A DNA stretch of 64,000 nucleotides from NCBI GenBank assembly GCA_963775465.1, contig CAVZIW010000006.1, forward strand, positions 192,001-256,000, written 5' to 3'. Each line of letters starts with the position of its first letter. Position 1 is the stretch's first letter. A model generated the notes under the pieces. It was not told the DNA's origin. It did no database searches and saw only the letters and a list, made by a program, of their open reading frames with translations. This DNA comes from Candidatus Bathyarchaeota archaeon. GTDB taxonomy: Archaea; Thermoproteota; Bathyarchaeia; Bathyarchaeales; Bathycorpusculaceae. The position numbers and the translations under genes were made by a program. Shown piece by piece: positions 10,494 through 20,250 of the stretch.

Positions 10494-11309
10494 ATGAAGA
10501 AAACAATCTTAGCACTCACGATAGTTGCTATGCTCTTTATTTCATTAGCTCTTGAAGTGCATTTAATCAACACAGCGAAAGCAAATCCCATAAGTGTACC
10601 TCAAGTGCCTACCATTCAGATCAGTTACCCACTGACATCGATGGGCGGGTATGTCAATAGCACTGTTGAATTCAGTATTTACGTCAACATGTTCATTGAA
10701 TCTCCAACTCTAACCAGTATATCTTATAGCTTAGATGGAGTGGCACCTGTAAATCTTGAAGACCTGAAAGTCACCAATACCCATGATTATGGACCAGACA
10801 AAATTGACTTCAAAACATACAAAGCCAACATCATTTTAAAAGACCTATCTGAAGGCAACCACACAATAGTCGCCAACGCTGGCGACATGTCTGCTTTAAA
10901 AAGTTTCATAGTAAACTCATATTATCATTTAACCGAACTAAATGTTCTCTCTCCAAATAACCAAATTTATTCCAGCAATATAGTACCTTTGACGTTTGGT
11001 TTTACTGGAGAAATAGAGAATGCACATTACTACTTGTATAGAGGTCATGAAACAGTTGCTGAAAAATCCCTTACTGGAAACATGACTTTAGACAACCTCC
11101 CAGATGGAAGCTACGATTTGTATCTTTTTGTTACAACACAGTATGGACAGGATTCAAAAGCCATACATTTCTACGTAATTGGATTACCCATCATTGTCGG
11201 TGCAACTGGTCTATCGGCATTTTTCATTGCCATTGGATTATTGGTCTACCTTAAAAGACGAAGAAAGCAAGCACCTTTAGATTCTACGCTGCAACCGGCA
11301 AGAGAATGA
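10494..11309 (+). CDS. Cell-surface Ig-like repeat protein with C-terminal TM anchor
   Basis: Signal peptide ending AKANP; YSLDG, LSEGNHTI, LPDGSY motifs; GLLVYLKRRRK tail. Confidence 0.85.
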   Translation: MKKTILALTIVAMLFISLALEVHLINTAKANPISVPQVPTIQISYPLTSMGGYVNSTVEFSIYVNMFIESPTLTSISYSLDGVAPVNLEDLKVTNTHDYGPDKIDFKTYKANIILKDLSEGNHTIVANAGDMSALKSFIVNSYYHLTELNVLSPNNQIYSSNIVPLTFGFTGEIENAHYYLYRGHETVAEKSLTGNMTLDNLPDGSYDLYLFVTTQYGQDSKAIHFYVIGLPIIVGATGLSAFFIAIGLLVYLKRRRKQAPLDSTLQPARE

Positions 11310-11442
11310 CAGACTGCTTTTCTTCACATTACCAAACCTTATGTTTTGTTCTTTTTAGAGTTAAATTCTATTTGGAAGATTTACGCAGCGTAGCTTTTTA
11401 TAGGCAAACGCAAATAGAACAGCCAAGCAAGGTGCAAAAAAA

Positions 11443-12495
11443 GTGCCCAAAGTTAAAGTTGCATTAATCGGCGTTGGAAACTGCGCCTCATCATTCATAC
11501 AAGGCATCCAATACTACAATAAATTCCAAAAACCAGAAGACTGCATTGGACTACGTAACCCCACACTGGCGGGACTAAACCCCAAAGACATCCAGATTGT
11601 TGCAGCCTTCGACGTTGACGAACGCAAAGTTGGATTAGATCTATCCGAAGCCATTTTTGCCCAACCCAACAATGCTCCAAAAGTGTGCGATGTACCAACA
11701 ATGGGGGTTACAGTCAGCAAGGGACCGCTCCTTGACGGGGTTGGAGATTCAACTAAAGCCATAGTCCAAATAAGCAAAGAATCTGATGCAAACACAGCTA
11801 ATGTGCTAAAAGAATCAGGTACAGAAATCCTGATTAATTTGCTTCCCAGCGGAGCAGCAAAAGCTACTCAATGGTACGCAGAACAAGCCCTTCTGGCTGG
11901 ATGCGCTTTTGTAAACGCTACCCCGAACTTTATTGCCAGTGACCCTGCATGGGCCAAAAAATTCGAAGCTTCAAATCTTCCACTTGTCGGAGACGATTTA
12001 GTTGACCAAGTCGGCTCAACCGCGCTTCACAAGACCCTTCTTAAACTCCTATCAGATAACGGCGTAAAAATTAACGAAACCTACCAGCTTGACGTGGGGG
12101 GAGGAACCGAATCAGTAGACACAATGGACCGGACACGCGACGCTAAACGCACAATCAAAACAGAATCAGTTGCCTCAGCAATACCCTATAAAACCGAAAT
12201 CGTCGCAGGCTCAACCGACTATGTGGATTTTCTGCAGAACAAACGTGATAGCTATTTCTGGATAAGCGGCGTTTACTTCTGCAACACACCTATGAAAATC
12301 GACCTAAAATTCCAAACGACCGATGCTCCAAATGCCGGCAGCGTACTCTTTGATGTTGTCAGAGCAGTAAAAGTTGCCTTAAACAAGAAACTTTCTGGGG
12401 CAGTTGAACCAGTTTGTGCTTATGGGTTTAAGCGCCCACCCAAAATGATGACGCTTGAAGCAGCCGAAGAGCAATTCAAAAAATTTGTAGGTTAA
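11443..12495 (+). CDS. ino1: myo-inositol-1-phosphate synthase
   Basis: KVALIGVGNCASS, VAAFDVD..KVG.DLSEAIF, GDD, DAPNAG motifs. Confidence 0.9.
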   Translation: MPKVKVALIGVGNCASSFIQGIQYYNKFQKPEDCIGLRNPTLAGLNPKDIQIVAAFDVDERKVGLDLSEAIFAQPNNAPKVCDVPTMGVTVSKGPLLDGVGDSTKAIVQISKESDANTANVLKESGTEILINLLPSGAAKATQWYAEQALLAGCAFVNATPNFIASDPAWAKKFEASNLPLVGDDLVDQVGSTALHKTLLKLLSDNGVKINETYQLDVGGGTESVDTMDRTRDAKRTIKTESVASAIPYKTEIVAGSTDYVDFLQNKRDSYFWISGVYFCNTPMKIDLKFQTTDAPNAGSVLFDVVRAVKVALNKKLSGAVEPVCAYGFKRPPKMMTLEAAEEQFKKFVG

Positions 12496-13598
12496 GCTAG
12501 ATTTTCTAGCTCTTCTATTATTTTATCTCTTACCCCGTTTTCTTGCAGGGCACCTTTTAACAGGTTGATGGTTTTTACTGGTGTTGGGTCTGCTCCTCGC
12601 AGTACTGCCAAGTAAACGCTGGTAAAGTCACCTACAAGGATGGTGGATAACATTTTTGCTAAGGTGCTTTTACCCTGAACTTTTAACTCAAACATGATTA
12701 GTCCCTTTTGTTCCATAATCTGTTCGGTTATTTCTATTCGACTGCTGATTTCGATGGGTTCGTTTTCGAAGTCACGGATGAAAATTACCGAGAAATATTT
12801 GCATTGTTCACCTCTGCCTTCCCAACCAACAACCTCGTTATGGTCTAATTCGGGGAAAAATTCCCATTTTGACGCAGATTTACTATTCTCATTGAATTGC
12901 TGCTTAAACCGTTGGGCAACACTGCGATAAAACCCAAACCCATAGATTGTAGGAGCTGTGTCACCGATGTGTGTAGCTACTGTTTTAGCAAAATTGTCTC
13001 TAGTTGGAGTTTCAGGACTATTTTCTTGGCTGATTTTCTCCAACAAAGGTATTGATTCATCAAGCTCTTTAAATACTCCTTTAACTAAGCCAACTTTCTC
13101 CAGTAAAAACAACAGCGGAACAAGCATATAGGGCAACGCTGCACGCGGAGGCATACCTCCAGGAACCTGAAGATATGGAACTTTGTGCTTTTTGGCGTAT
13201 TTTATTAGCGCACCGCCGCTGCTTATGCAGAAAATCATGCATTTCCGTTTTAAAGCATCAAGAAAACTGCTCAGTGTTTCTTCGGTGTCGCCTGAATAAC
13301 TGTTTATAATGGCGAGAGTTTTTTTGTCAGCATATTTTGGCAGGCTGTATTCACGGCTAACTTCAATGGGGATGGTCAGCTGGTTTTTTGCCCAGTCTGT
13401 TAGCAAATCACCACCGATGGCTGAACCACCCATCCCAGCAACAACAATGTTAGTAGGCTTCTGATAGTTTACTGTGATTTTCTGGGCAACTTTGAATGCC
13501 TCTCGATAATGGTTAGCAGCATTAATAGCGAAGTTTAGCATGCCGCTTTTGTCTATAAGTTTTATTTTTTCAAAATCGTCTAAAATGGGCGTTACCAC
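12492..13598 (-). CDS. Bifunctional phosphoglucose/phosphomannose isomerase
   Basis: GMGGSAIGG, SYSGDTEET, PRAALP, QFNENSK, PELDHNEVVG motifs. Confidence 0.92.
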   Translation of the reverse strand: MVTPILDDFEKIKLIDKSGMLNFAINAANHYREAFKVAQKITVNYQKPTNIVVAGMGGSAIGGDLLTDWAKNQLTIPIEVSREYSLPKYADKKTLAIINSYSGDTEETLSSFLDALKRKCMIFCISSGGALIKYAKKHKVPYLQVPGGMPPRAALPYMLVPLLFLLEKVGLVKGVFKELDESIPLLEKISQENSPETPTRDNFAKTVATHIGDTAPTIYGFGFYRSVAQRFKQQFNENSKSASKWEFFPELDHNEVVGWEGRGEQCKYFSVIFIRDFENEPIEISSRIEITEQIMEQKGLIMFELKVQGKSTLAKMLSTILVGDFTSVYLAVLRGADPTPVKTINLLKGALQENGVRDKIIEELENLA

Positions 13599-13688
13599 GT
13601 CTTGAATCCTCCGAATAACACGCAGTTTTATATCTTAATTCTGCCTTTTAAGCACCACGTAAACGATACCTCGTCATGGTTGAATTGT

Positions 13689-14543
13689 ATGGGTAAAAAG
13701 CGACTTTCAATTGCGATTCCTGCATCAATAATTTCTGATACCCCGCACCTGCGTGAAAAAACCTCAAAAATCGGTTTAATAGGTAGATCCGCCGCAATTT
13801 TTCGAGTGGAACAAATAATAATCTACGCGGACGTCGTCAAATTAGACCAACGGCAAGACATGGCTCTTATCGCGCTGCTACTCAACTATTTGGAAACTCC
13901 TCAATACTTAAGAAAAGCACTTTTCAAAATCGAGCCCGACCTCCAATACGCCGGAATCTTACCGCCCCTACGTTCCCCTCATCATCCTACAAGCGGTAAA
14001 ACTAAACACCTAAAAGTAGGTGAATACCGTGAAGGCCTAATTCTATCCGAAATTAAAACAGGGTTACTTGTTGATATTGGAGTTCAGCAACCAGCACTTT
14101 TAAGACAAAAACAATTCAGTGTCGGCGACCGTTTAACTACCCAAGTCGTTAATCTAGACAAAAAAGTGGAAGTTCAAGCCGTAAACCGAGAGAAAGTCCC
14201 ACTTTACTGGGGGTATAGGGTTTGCGTCGAAAAACAACCGTTTGGCAAAATAATCAAAAATTCAGGTTTTGACTTAAAAATTGCCACCGCCAGAATAGGC
14301 GACAACTTTGTTGACGTTTCCAAAGCACTGGCGAACAAATGGGCTGGTGCTCAAAATATATTAGTTGCTTTTGGAGCTCCAGCACGTGGGTTACATGAGA
14401 TTGCTGAAGATGAAGGCTTAAAGTTGCAAGATGTCGTGGATTTCACAGTAAACACTATTCCGAGGCAGGGAACCGCCACAGTCCGAGCCGAAGAAGCACT
14501 CTTAGCCTCATTGGCCATTCTTAACATCTTTTTCAACTACTAA
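13689..14543 (+). CDS. SPOUT-family RNA methyltransferase (MTH1/C9orf114-like)
   Basis: YLETPQYLRK, GILPPL..PHH, FGAPARGL, NTIPRQGTATVRAEEA; ATG 13689 is the likelier start than TTG 13602. Confidence 0.88.
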   Translation: MGKKRLSIAIPASIISDTPHLREKTSKIGLIGRSAAIFRVEQIIIYADVVKLDQRQDMALIALLLNYLETPQYLRKALFKIEPDLQYAGILPPLRSPHHPTSGKTKHLKVGEYREGLILSEIKTGLLVDIGVQQPALLRQKQFSVGDRLTTQVVNLDKKVEVQAVNREKVPLYWGYRVCVEKQPFGKIIKNSGFDLKIATARIGDNFVDVSKALANKWAGAQNILVAFGAPARGLHEIAEDEGLKLQDVVDFTVNTIPRQGTATVRAEEALLASLAILNIFFNY

Positions 14544-14609
14544 TTTTGTTGCTTTTTTGGTAAAGTTTTGGCTAAAAAGATAAATGCTTCTTTAAATATT
14601 GTGAAGTCT

Positions 14610-15770
14610 ATGCCGTCTCCTACACTAGACCTTGCAATGCCTATAGCATTGTTCCTTGTAGTCACAATAGCACTCCTACTCGACAAGCGAGTTAAGGGAA
14701 AATTAATGGCGACGGTTGAACAGAAAGAGTTCAAGACAAAAGACATTGTTCTACTCATAATCTTCATGACGATCGTCATTACCGTAATCGCATATACCTC
14801 GGTTATCGCGCCAGAACAAATTTTCCAAAGACTATTCCTACTCATATTCTTAGGATCATATACAACGCTGCTCTTCACCTTCTCCTACATATTCTCCAAA
14901 GTTGCTAAGAAAAGAGCAGAACTAATCTCAGCAGGCTTTGGCTCGATAGGAGTAATCGCTGGGCTAACAAGTCTTTTGGGTTCTCTATCTGACAGCTTTA
15001 CTATTTACAGGGCAATCGCGTTCTTTGGTTTAGCAATCTTTTGCTTCGGAACAATAATCTTCGAACACAGAAACCAAATCTCCAAATCACGCTGGTACCT
15101 GGCAGTACAGCCCGCTGCAATGTTTCTGCTTCTAATGATTTTCTTTAACGTGGTCTACGGTGGTGCAGTCCAAGTTTGGTATCCACTCCTAATGGATGTC
15201 TTTGGATTCACGTTTGCGATTCTAATAATTCTCTATCTTAGCTCTCTTTTCAGTTGGAAAACCGTCGGTCTCTTCGCCGTGCTCCTAACCGTAATGGACA
15301 TTATATTAGTCATAGGCACAGGTACGATGGTTCAAGCTGCAACACAATTCACCGGATTGGGGCTGCCTGTTCTTGTATACTTGCCGAATGTTCCGCTCAT
15401 ACCTGCAGTCCCAGGATACATAAATTTCTTCGGATTTGCGCCTCGAGGGTTAGGTCTTGGCGACTTCTTTTTTGCAGGAGTCCTCGCTGTTCAAACATTC
15501 AACAAATTCGGCAAAAAATCTGCGTTTATATCCTTAGCGGCTATGGCTGTTGCCTTTGGAATCTGGGAAGCTTTCCTGCCGAACATTTTAGCTTGGCTTT
15601 CACCCATTGTTGGACGCGATATCGGAGGTTTTCCGGGAACCCTTATGATAATCAGCGGTTGGGCGCCTATCGTTATCTGGAAAGTACTGAGCGAACGAAA
15701 CAAAACTAAAACTCCCGTAGTCAACAACTCTGTTGAGGTTCCAAAAGAACAAAACTTGCCAATACAATAA
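14610..15770 (+). CDS. Presenilin/signal-peptide-peptidase-like intramembrane aspartyl protease (GxGD family)
   Basis: Multi-TM; first Asp in VMDIILV, second in GLGLGDFFF, PAL-equivalent FPGTL; start could be 14568. Confidence 0.8.
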   Translation: MPSPTLDLAMPIALFLVVTIALLLDKRVKGKLMATVEQKEFKTKDIVLLIIFMTIVITVIAYTSVIAPEQIFQRLFLLIFLGSYTTLLFTFSYIFSKVAKKRAELISAGFGSIGVIAGLTSLLGSLSDSFTIYRAIAFFGLAIFCFGTIIFEHRNQISKSRWYLAVQPAAMFLLLMIFFNVVYGGAVQVWYPLLMDVFGFTFAILIILYLSSLFSWKTVGLFAVLLTVMDIILVIGTGTMVQAATQFTGLGLPVLVYLPNVPLIPAVPGYINFFGFAPRGLGLGDFFFAGVLAVQTFNKFGKKSAFISLAAMAVAFGIWEAFLPNILAWLSPIVGRDIGGFPGTLMIISGWAPIVIWKVLSERNKTKTPVVNNSVEVPKEQNLPIQ

Positions 15771-15857
15771 TGTATTTTTGCTATTTACTGTTATTTCTGA
15801 AAATTTGAATTAAAATAAGTATGGAAAAAATTGGTTAAAAATAAGAAAAGAGGCTTT

Positions 15858-16172
15858 TTACCCGAAGAGGGCGCCTAATCCTTCTAGTGCTGCTTCTTCC
15901 TTGGCTTTTTCTTCTTCAACTTTCTTCTTCTTGTCTTCTGGAGCTGCTGCTGGTTTTGTTTCTGCTGGAGCTGCGGCTGGAGCTGCGGCCATCATGGTTG
16001 GTGCTGCCTTGATTGCTTCATCAATGTTTACTTCACTAAGTGACGCAACTAGAGCTTTAACTTGAACAGCGTCGACTGTGAGGCCTGCTGCTTCAAGAAC
16101 TTTTGTTACTGATTCTTCGTTGATTTCTTTATCTGCCTTGTGAAGGAGCATTGCTGCGTATATATTTTCCAT
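15858..16172 (-). CDS. rpl12p: 50S ribosomal stalk protein P1/L12 (archaeal)
   Basis: MENIYAAMLLH...Ala-rich hinge...EEAALEGLGALFG. Confidence 0.97.
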   Translation of the reverse strand: MENIYAAMLLHKADKEINEESVTKVLEAAGLTVDAVQVKALVASLSEVNIDEAIKAAPTMMAAAPAAAPAETKPAAAPEDKKKKVEEEKAKEEAALEGLGALFG

Positions 16173-16209
16173 ACCTTTTCACCTCTTCGTTCGAGTATTT
16201 TAACCTTTT

Positions 16210-16255
16210 CAGTTCACACAACTCAGCTTTTTAAGCTGATGTTCATGTTTTACTG
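16210..16255 (-). promoter_or_regulatory. Imperfect hairpin in the probable 5' leader of rpl12p
   Basis: Minus strand CAGT-AAA-ACATGAACATCAGC/loop/GCTGAGTTGTGT-GA-ACTG pairs over about 16 bp; lies between a TATA-like CTTAAG (about 16300) and the GAGGTGA RBS. Confidence 0.45.
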
Positions 16256-16437
16256 TGAGCTTAATTGCTATGACCGTTAGGAGAAATGCCCAATTGCTTA
16301 AGAACTTTTCGCACATGGTTTTAGCAAGTGATAATAATACATTTTCATTTCGATATATCAAATAAAAATGAAAAGGGTTCAACAAGACTTATCTTTTGGG
16401 GCACTTACAATGAGAAGGTTTCAAAGGTCATGATGGT

Positions 16438-17397
16438 ATGGGCAATATAACAGTAGCAATCCTTGGGGCTCTCAATTACGGAGATAGCCTTGCAAAAAAA
16501 GGAACATCTACAGACATAACTCTATATAACCTAAAAAAAGGGGAAGACACCGTTACCCTAATTGAACCCACTCGTTATCCTGAACGTTTAGCTCCCCTAT
16601 TCTATGCATGCGCTCTATCAAAAATGGCAATAGTTGTGGTAGATGAGTTAAACGCAGCATTCGGCGAGCAACTGGTTATGCTTCAATGCTCCAACATTAA
16701 TAGCGGCTACATAATACTGCGCAACTACGTACCTAAAGAAAAAATCCAACAGCTAATAAAGGGTACGAATCTGGAAAACTTTGAATTCTTAGCCGACGAC
16801 CCAAATTTGGTTCGAGAAAAACTATTGTCAGAGGTCTCAAAGCAAAAACCTGTTGAAATGCAAAAATCTGTTGGCTCAGTGCCCGTTGACCATAGCTTCA
16901 ACGTTAAAGGCGTAGGAGTTGTGGTCTTAGGCATCGTTGCAGATGGCGTAATCCAAAAACATGCTTCCCTTAAAGTCTTGCCCACCGACAAAACAACTCA
17001 AGTGCGTTCGATACAAAAACATGATGACGAATTCGATGTTGCAAGCGAAGGCGACAGAGTTGGTCTAGCACTCAAAAACATAGAAGTCGAAAATCTAGAC
17101 CGCGGAACCGTCTTAACAAATGATCCATCAATTAAAACTTCCAACAAAATAGAAACTCAAGCCACTCTGGTTAAGTATTGGCAAACACCAATAAAGCAAG
17201 GAATGGTCATGCACATTGGGCATTGGACACAATTCATAACAGCGAAAGTTGAAGCTTCTATCGACACCCCAGACCCAAAAAAACCATCCCTTGCCTTATC
17301 ACTCGATAAACCTGTTGTTTACTTACCCAATGACAAAGCAGTACTCATGTACCTCGAAGGCGCAAAACTGCGAATTGCAGGAACAATTTCATTGTAG
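16438..17397 (+). CDS. Archaeal SelB-like (SelBL) EF-Tu-domain protein with degenerate G domain
   Basis: KKGTSTDITLYN, VDHSFNVKGVGVVVLG, VRSIQKHD...GDRVGLALK, LDRG; no intact P-loop. Confidence 0.8.
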   Translation: MGNITVAILGALNYGDSLAKKGTSTDITLYNLKKGEDTVTLIEPTRYPERLAPLFYACALSKMAIVVVDELNAAFGEQLVMLQCSNINSGYIILRNYVPKEKIQQLIKGTNLENFEFLADDPNLVREKLLSEVSKQKPVEMQKSVGSVPVDHSFNVKGVGVVVLGIVADGVIQKHASLKVLPTDKTTQVRSIQKHDDEFDVASEGDRVGLALKNIEVENLDRGTVLTNDPSIKTSNKIETQATLVKYWQTPIKQGMVMHIGHWTQFITAKVEASIDTPDPKKPSLALSLDKPVVYLPNDKAVLMYLEGAKLRIAGTISL

Positions 17398-17452
17398 ACC
17401 AATTTGGGAAAAATAATAAGTGCCTGCTCAACGAATAATTATCGATTGCTGA

Positions 17453-18544
17453 ATGAATAAAACAGCGGTATCCATTGTACCAATTTTGGTTCTTCTACTC
17501 TTAGCGACATTCATGTTTGGCGCTGCAAATTCAGCGTTAACATATCCAGTGCCAACAGGTCCTTTAACACCTCCCACCATAACCGTTGAGTCGCCAACTA
17601 GAACCACCTATGTGTCATGGTTTGTTCCGCTTCAATTTTCAGTGAACGGAAGCTGGGATGGTTATGTGAACCATCTTTCCGTCGAAGTAACTGTAGACCA
17701 AGAATCACGGTACGTACTTTTTGCTCCCCCCTTCCCAATTAAATGGATATCAAAGGACTTTTCAATGACTTTAGGTCCTCTTTCAGAAGGACCGCATACA
17801 ATAGACATCATCGCAACCGTCGGCGGCACATATCAAACAGGGACAAACACCACCGTTCTTGGAGTAGGTGACTTTACTTCAAAAGTTTCAATCGACTTTA
17901 CAGTTAACACATTGGGTCAAGCCAACATTACAATTCTTTCACCAAAAAACCAGACCTACAACTTCAACAAAGATATCCCTGTTACTTTTACCATAAACCA
18001 TAACCAATCAATCGTAAAGATGGGCTTCACTCTAGATCAACAATCAAACGTCACAATACCTAGAAACACAACACTTTATGGACCTATACCCGACGGGCTT
18101 CACAGCTTGAAGGTTTACTCGATATTTTCAGACATTCTTCCAGTTTATTCAACAATTGATTTCATAGTTGACACCACACCCCCAAATGTTTCGCTTCTTT
18201 CAATGCAAGAAGAAAAATACAACGAATCCAACATTCCCTTAATCTTCACCGTTAACGAAACAACATCCATAATCACCTATCTACTTGATGGAAAAGTTCA
18301 CACAATCGACGGAAACACAACAATGACTGTTCTCCAAAACGGAGACCACGAATTAAAACTGTACGCAACAGATGAAGCAGGAAACGCTGGATCCACAGAA
18401 ACAATTGATTTTAACGTGAAAGTGACAGTTCCACTCAATGTAGCGTTAGGCTTCTTGCCGCCCCTGGTAATTGTCCTCGCTGGTGGTTTCGGAATTCTAA
18501 TCTACTTAAGAATACGTAAACGTTCAAAACCACAAAATCATTGA
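17453..18544 (+). CDS. Cell-surface Ig-like repeat protein with C-terminal TM anchor
   Basis: Signal peptide; ILSPKNQTY, VDTTPP, GDHELKLYATDEAGN; GILIYLRIRKR tail. Confidence 0.85.
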   Translation: MNKTAVSIVPILVLLLLATFMFGAANSALTYPVPTGPLTPPTITVESPTRTTYVSWFVPLQFSVNGSWDGYVNHLSVEVTVDQESRYVLFAPPFPIKWISKDFSMTLGPLSEGPHTIDIIATVGGTYQTGTNTTVLGVGDFTSKVSIDFTVNTLGQANITILSPKNQTYNFNKDIPVTFTINHNQSIVKMGFTLDQQSNVTIPRNTTLYGPIPDGLHSLKVYSIFSDILPVYSTIDFIVDTTPPNVSLLSMQEEKYNESNIPLIFTVNETTSIITYLLDGKVHTIDGNTTMTVLQNGDHELKLYATDEAGNAGSTETIDFNVKVTVPLNVALGFLPPLVIVLAGGFGILIYLRIRKRSKPQNH

Positions 18545-18614
18545 TCAACCCAAACAATTGCTTTTTAAAATTGTAACTACGTTAGCCTATTAAGGGTGAC
18601 CTGAACTCTTAGTT

Positions 18615-19613
18615 TTGAAACAAAAAATGCCTTTACCGTCAGCCGAACAAATTTGGAACATGCAAGACAAACAAATCCAAACTCTACTCGAATCAGGTAC
18701 CTTACAGCCAAAAAGTAAAGAGATCCGTTTTTACGCTCCCAGCTTCACCTACTACAAAACCAAACACTACTGCTCTTCAACAGCAGATTTTCCAACAATA
18801 TCCATCACAGGCAATGCTTGTTCCCTAAGCTGCAAACATTGCGGCGGCAAAGTCCTAGAAACTATGCACCCAGCAATAACCCCACAAACCCTCTTTGAGT
18901 TAGGTGTAAAACTAAAACAGAATGGCGCCAAAGGCGTTCTAGTTAGCGGTGGATGCCTATCTGATGGTTCAGTACCAATTGACAAATTTATACCCATTAT
19001 AGGGCGGTTCAAGCGGGAGTTAGGTTTAACAGTTTTTGTTCACACAGGGATAATAAAATCCGAAACGGCATCTGCACTCAAAGAAGCAAGGATCGATGCC
19101 GCACTGATTGATGTTATAGGTTCAACAAATACAGTCAAGAAAGTCTATAATCTATCAGTAACAGGTCAGGATTACTGTGATTCACTTAAGGAATTGCACA
19201 AAGCCAAGTTGCCTCTTGTTCCACATGTAATCGTTGGATTAAATGATGGCAAAATGGATGGCGAATTTGCAGCTCTACAAATGATAGCGCAAGTTAAACC
19301 TTCAGCCATAGTGATAATCGCTTTTATGCCAATTCACGGAACCCCAATGGCAAAGACACCACCTCCCAAACCTCTTAAAATAGCGAAAGTTATCGCAGTT
19401 GCACGAACAATGTTCCCTAAAACCCCCATTGTTTTAGGATGTATGCGGCCAAAAGGAGAGTTGCGAAATTCAACAGATCTATTGGCTCTGAAAGCTGGAG
19501 TTGATGGTATTGCATTTCCAAGTGAGTCAGCCGTGGAATATGCAAAGAGCAAGGGGTTTAATGCTGTTTTTTCTTCCTATTGCTGTGCTCAGATGTACTT
19601 TGACTTAAAATAA
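18615..19613 (+). CDS. Radical SAM protein, archaeal lipoyl synthase subunit LipS1-like
   Basis: CSLSCKHC radical SAM motif plus LGCMRP and C-terminal CC, the motifs described for Thermococcus LipS1. Confidence 0.75.
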   Translation: MKQKMPLPSAEQIWNMQDKQIQTLLESGTLQPKSKEIRFYAPSFTYYKTKHYCSSTADFPTISITGNACSLSCKHCGGKVLETMHPAITPQTLFELGVKLKQNGAKGVLVSGGCLSDGSVPIDKFIPIIGRFKRELGLTVFVHTGIIKSETASALKEARIDAALIDVIGSTNTVKKVYNLSVTGQDYCDSLKELHKAKLPLVPHVIVGLNDGKMDGEFAALQMIAQVKPSAIVIIAFMPIHGTPMAKTPPPKPLKIAKVIAVARTMFPKTPIVLGCMRPKGELRNSTDLLALKAGVDGIAFPSESAVEYAKSKGFNAVFSSYCCAQMYFDLK

Positions 19614-19622
19614 TGGCGAGGC

Positions 19623-20219
19623 TTAAGCTTTTAGGAATTTTTTGCCGACCACGATTGTCCATACAGAGAGAGCAAGACCTGAGGCTGCTTCGGGAATAGC
19701 AACGTTAGGAACATAGTTAAAGGCAAATAGCATAAGCCAAGGCAACGCCGCCAAAATTGCTACTGCAATGGTGAAAGCAGCCATTTTTCTTTGTCTATTA
19801 AGCCCAAATGCACCTGTTAATATGAACAATGCAATAGGCGCTAAAGTGAAGAATGCAACCGAAACCAGATAGTGAGTTGGTGAAAAACTTTCGTTAAAAA
19901 CGCCTATCGCCATAAGTGCAACGGTTGTCGCTGCAAAAAACCCAGAACCAACTTTGCCAACTAAGCTCTTTCTGAAATAGATGACAAGTCCAAAAACTGC
20001 AAATAACAAGCCCAAAAAACCGCTTGCAACCAACCCAAAATTAAAAACCGGTCCAGTTACACCGGATATTACACCAAGGTCGCTTAACGCATTGTTGGTC
20101 CAGCTAAAGGCAGGATACGATAAAATAGCGATTATAATACAACTAAAGGCAACTATGGGAGTAGCTATACCCAATGCTGATCCAATCTTCAGATATTTAG
20201 TAAGAGTCGGATTTGACAT
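19623..20219 (-). CDS. DUF998 family membrane protein
   Basis: FSWTNNALSDLG, FNFGL, GVFNE...H motifs; five TM segments. Confidence 0.85.
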   Translation of the reverse strand: MSNPTLTKYLKIGSALGIATPIVAFSCIIIAILSYPAFSWTNNALSDLGVISGVTGPVFNFGLVASGFLGLLFAVFGLVIYFRKSLVGKVGSGFFAATTVALMAIGVFNESFSPTHYLVSVAFFTLAPIALFILTGAFGLNRQRKMAAFTIAVAILAALPWLMLFAFNYVPNVAIPEAASGLALSVWTIVVGKKFLKA

Positions 20220-20250
20220 AATATCAATTTAGTTATTGGCTATTGATGTT

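Noticed and set aside
16438-17397. SelB-like gene as evidence for selenocysteine usage
   Set aside because: G domain is degenerate (SelBL type, found in non-Sec archaea); no SECIS, tRNA-Sec or in-frame TGA gene was seen.
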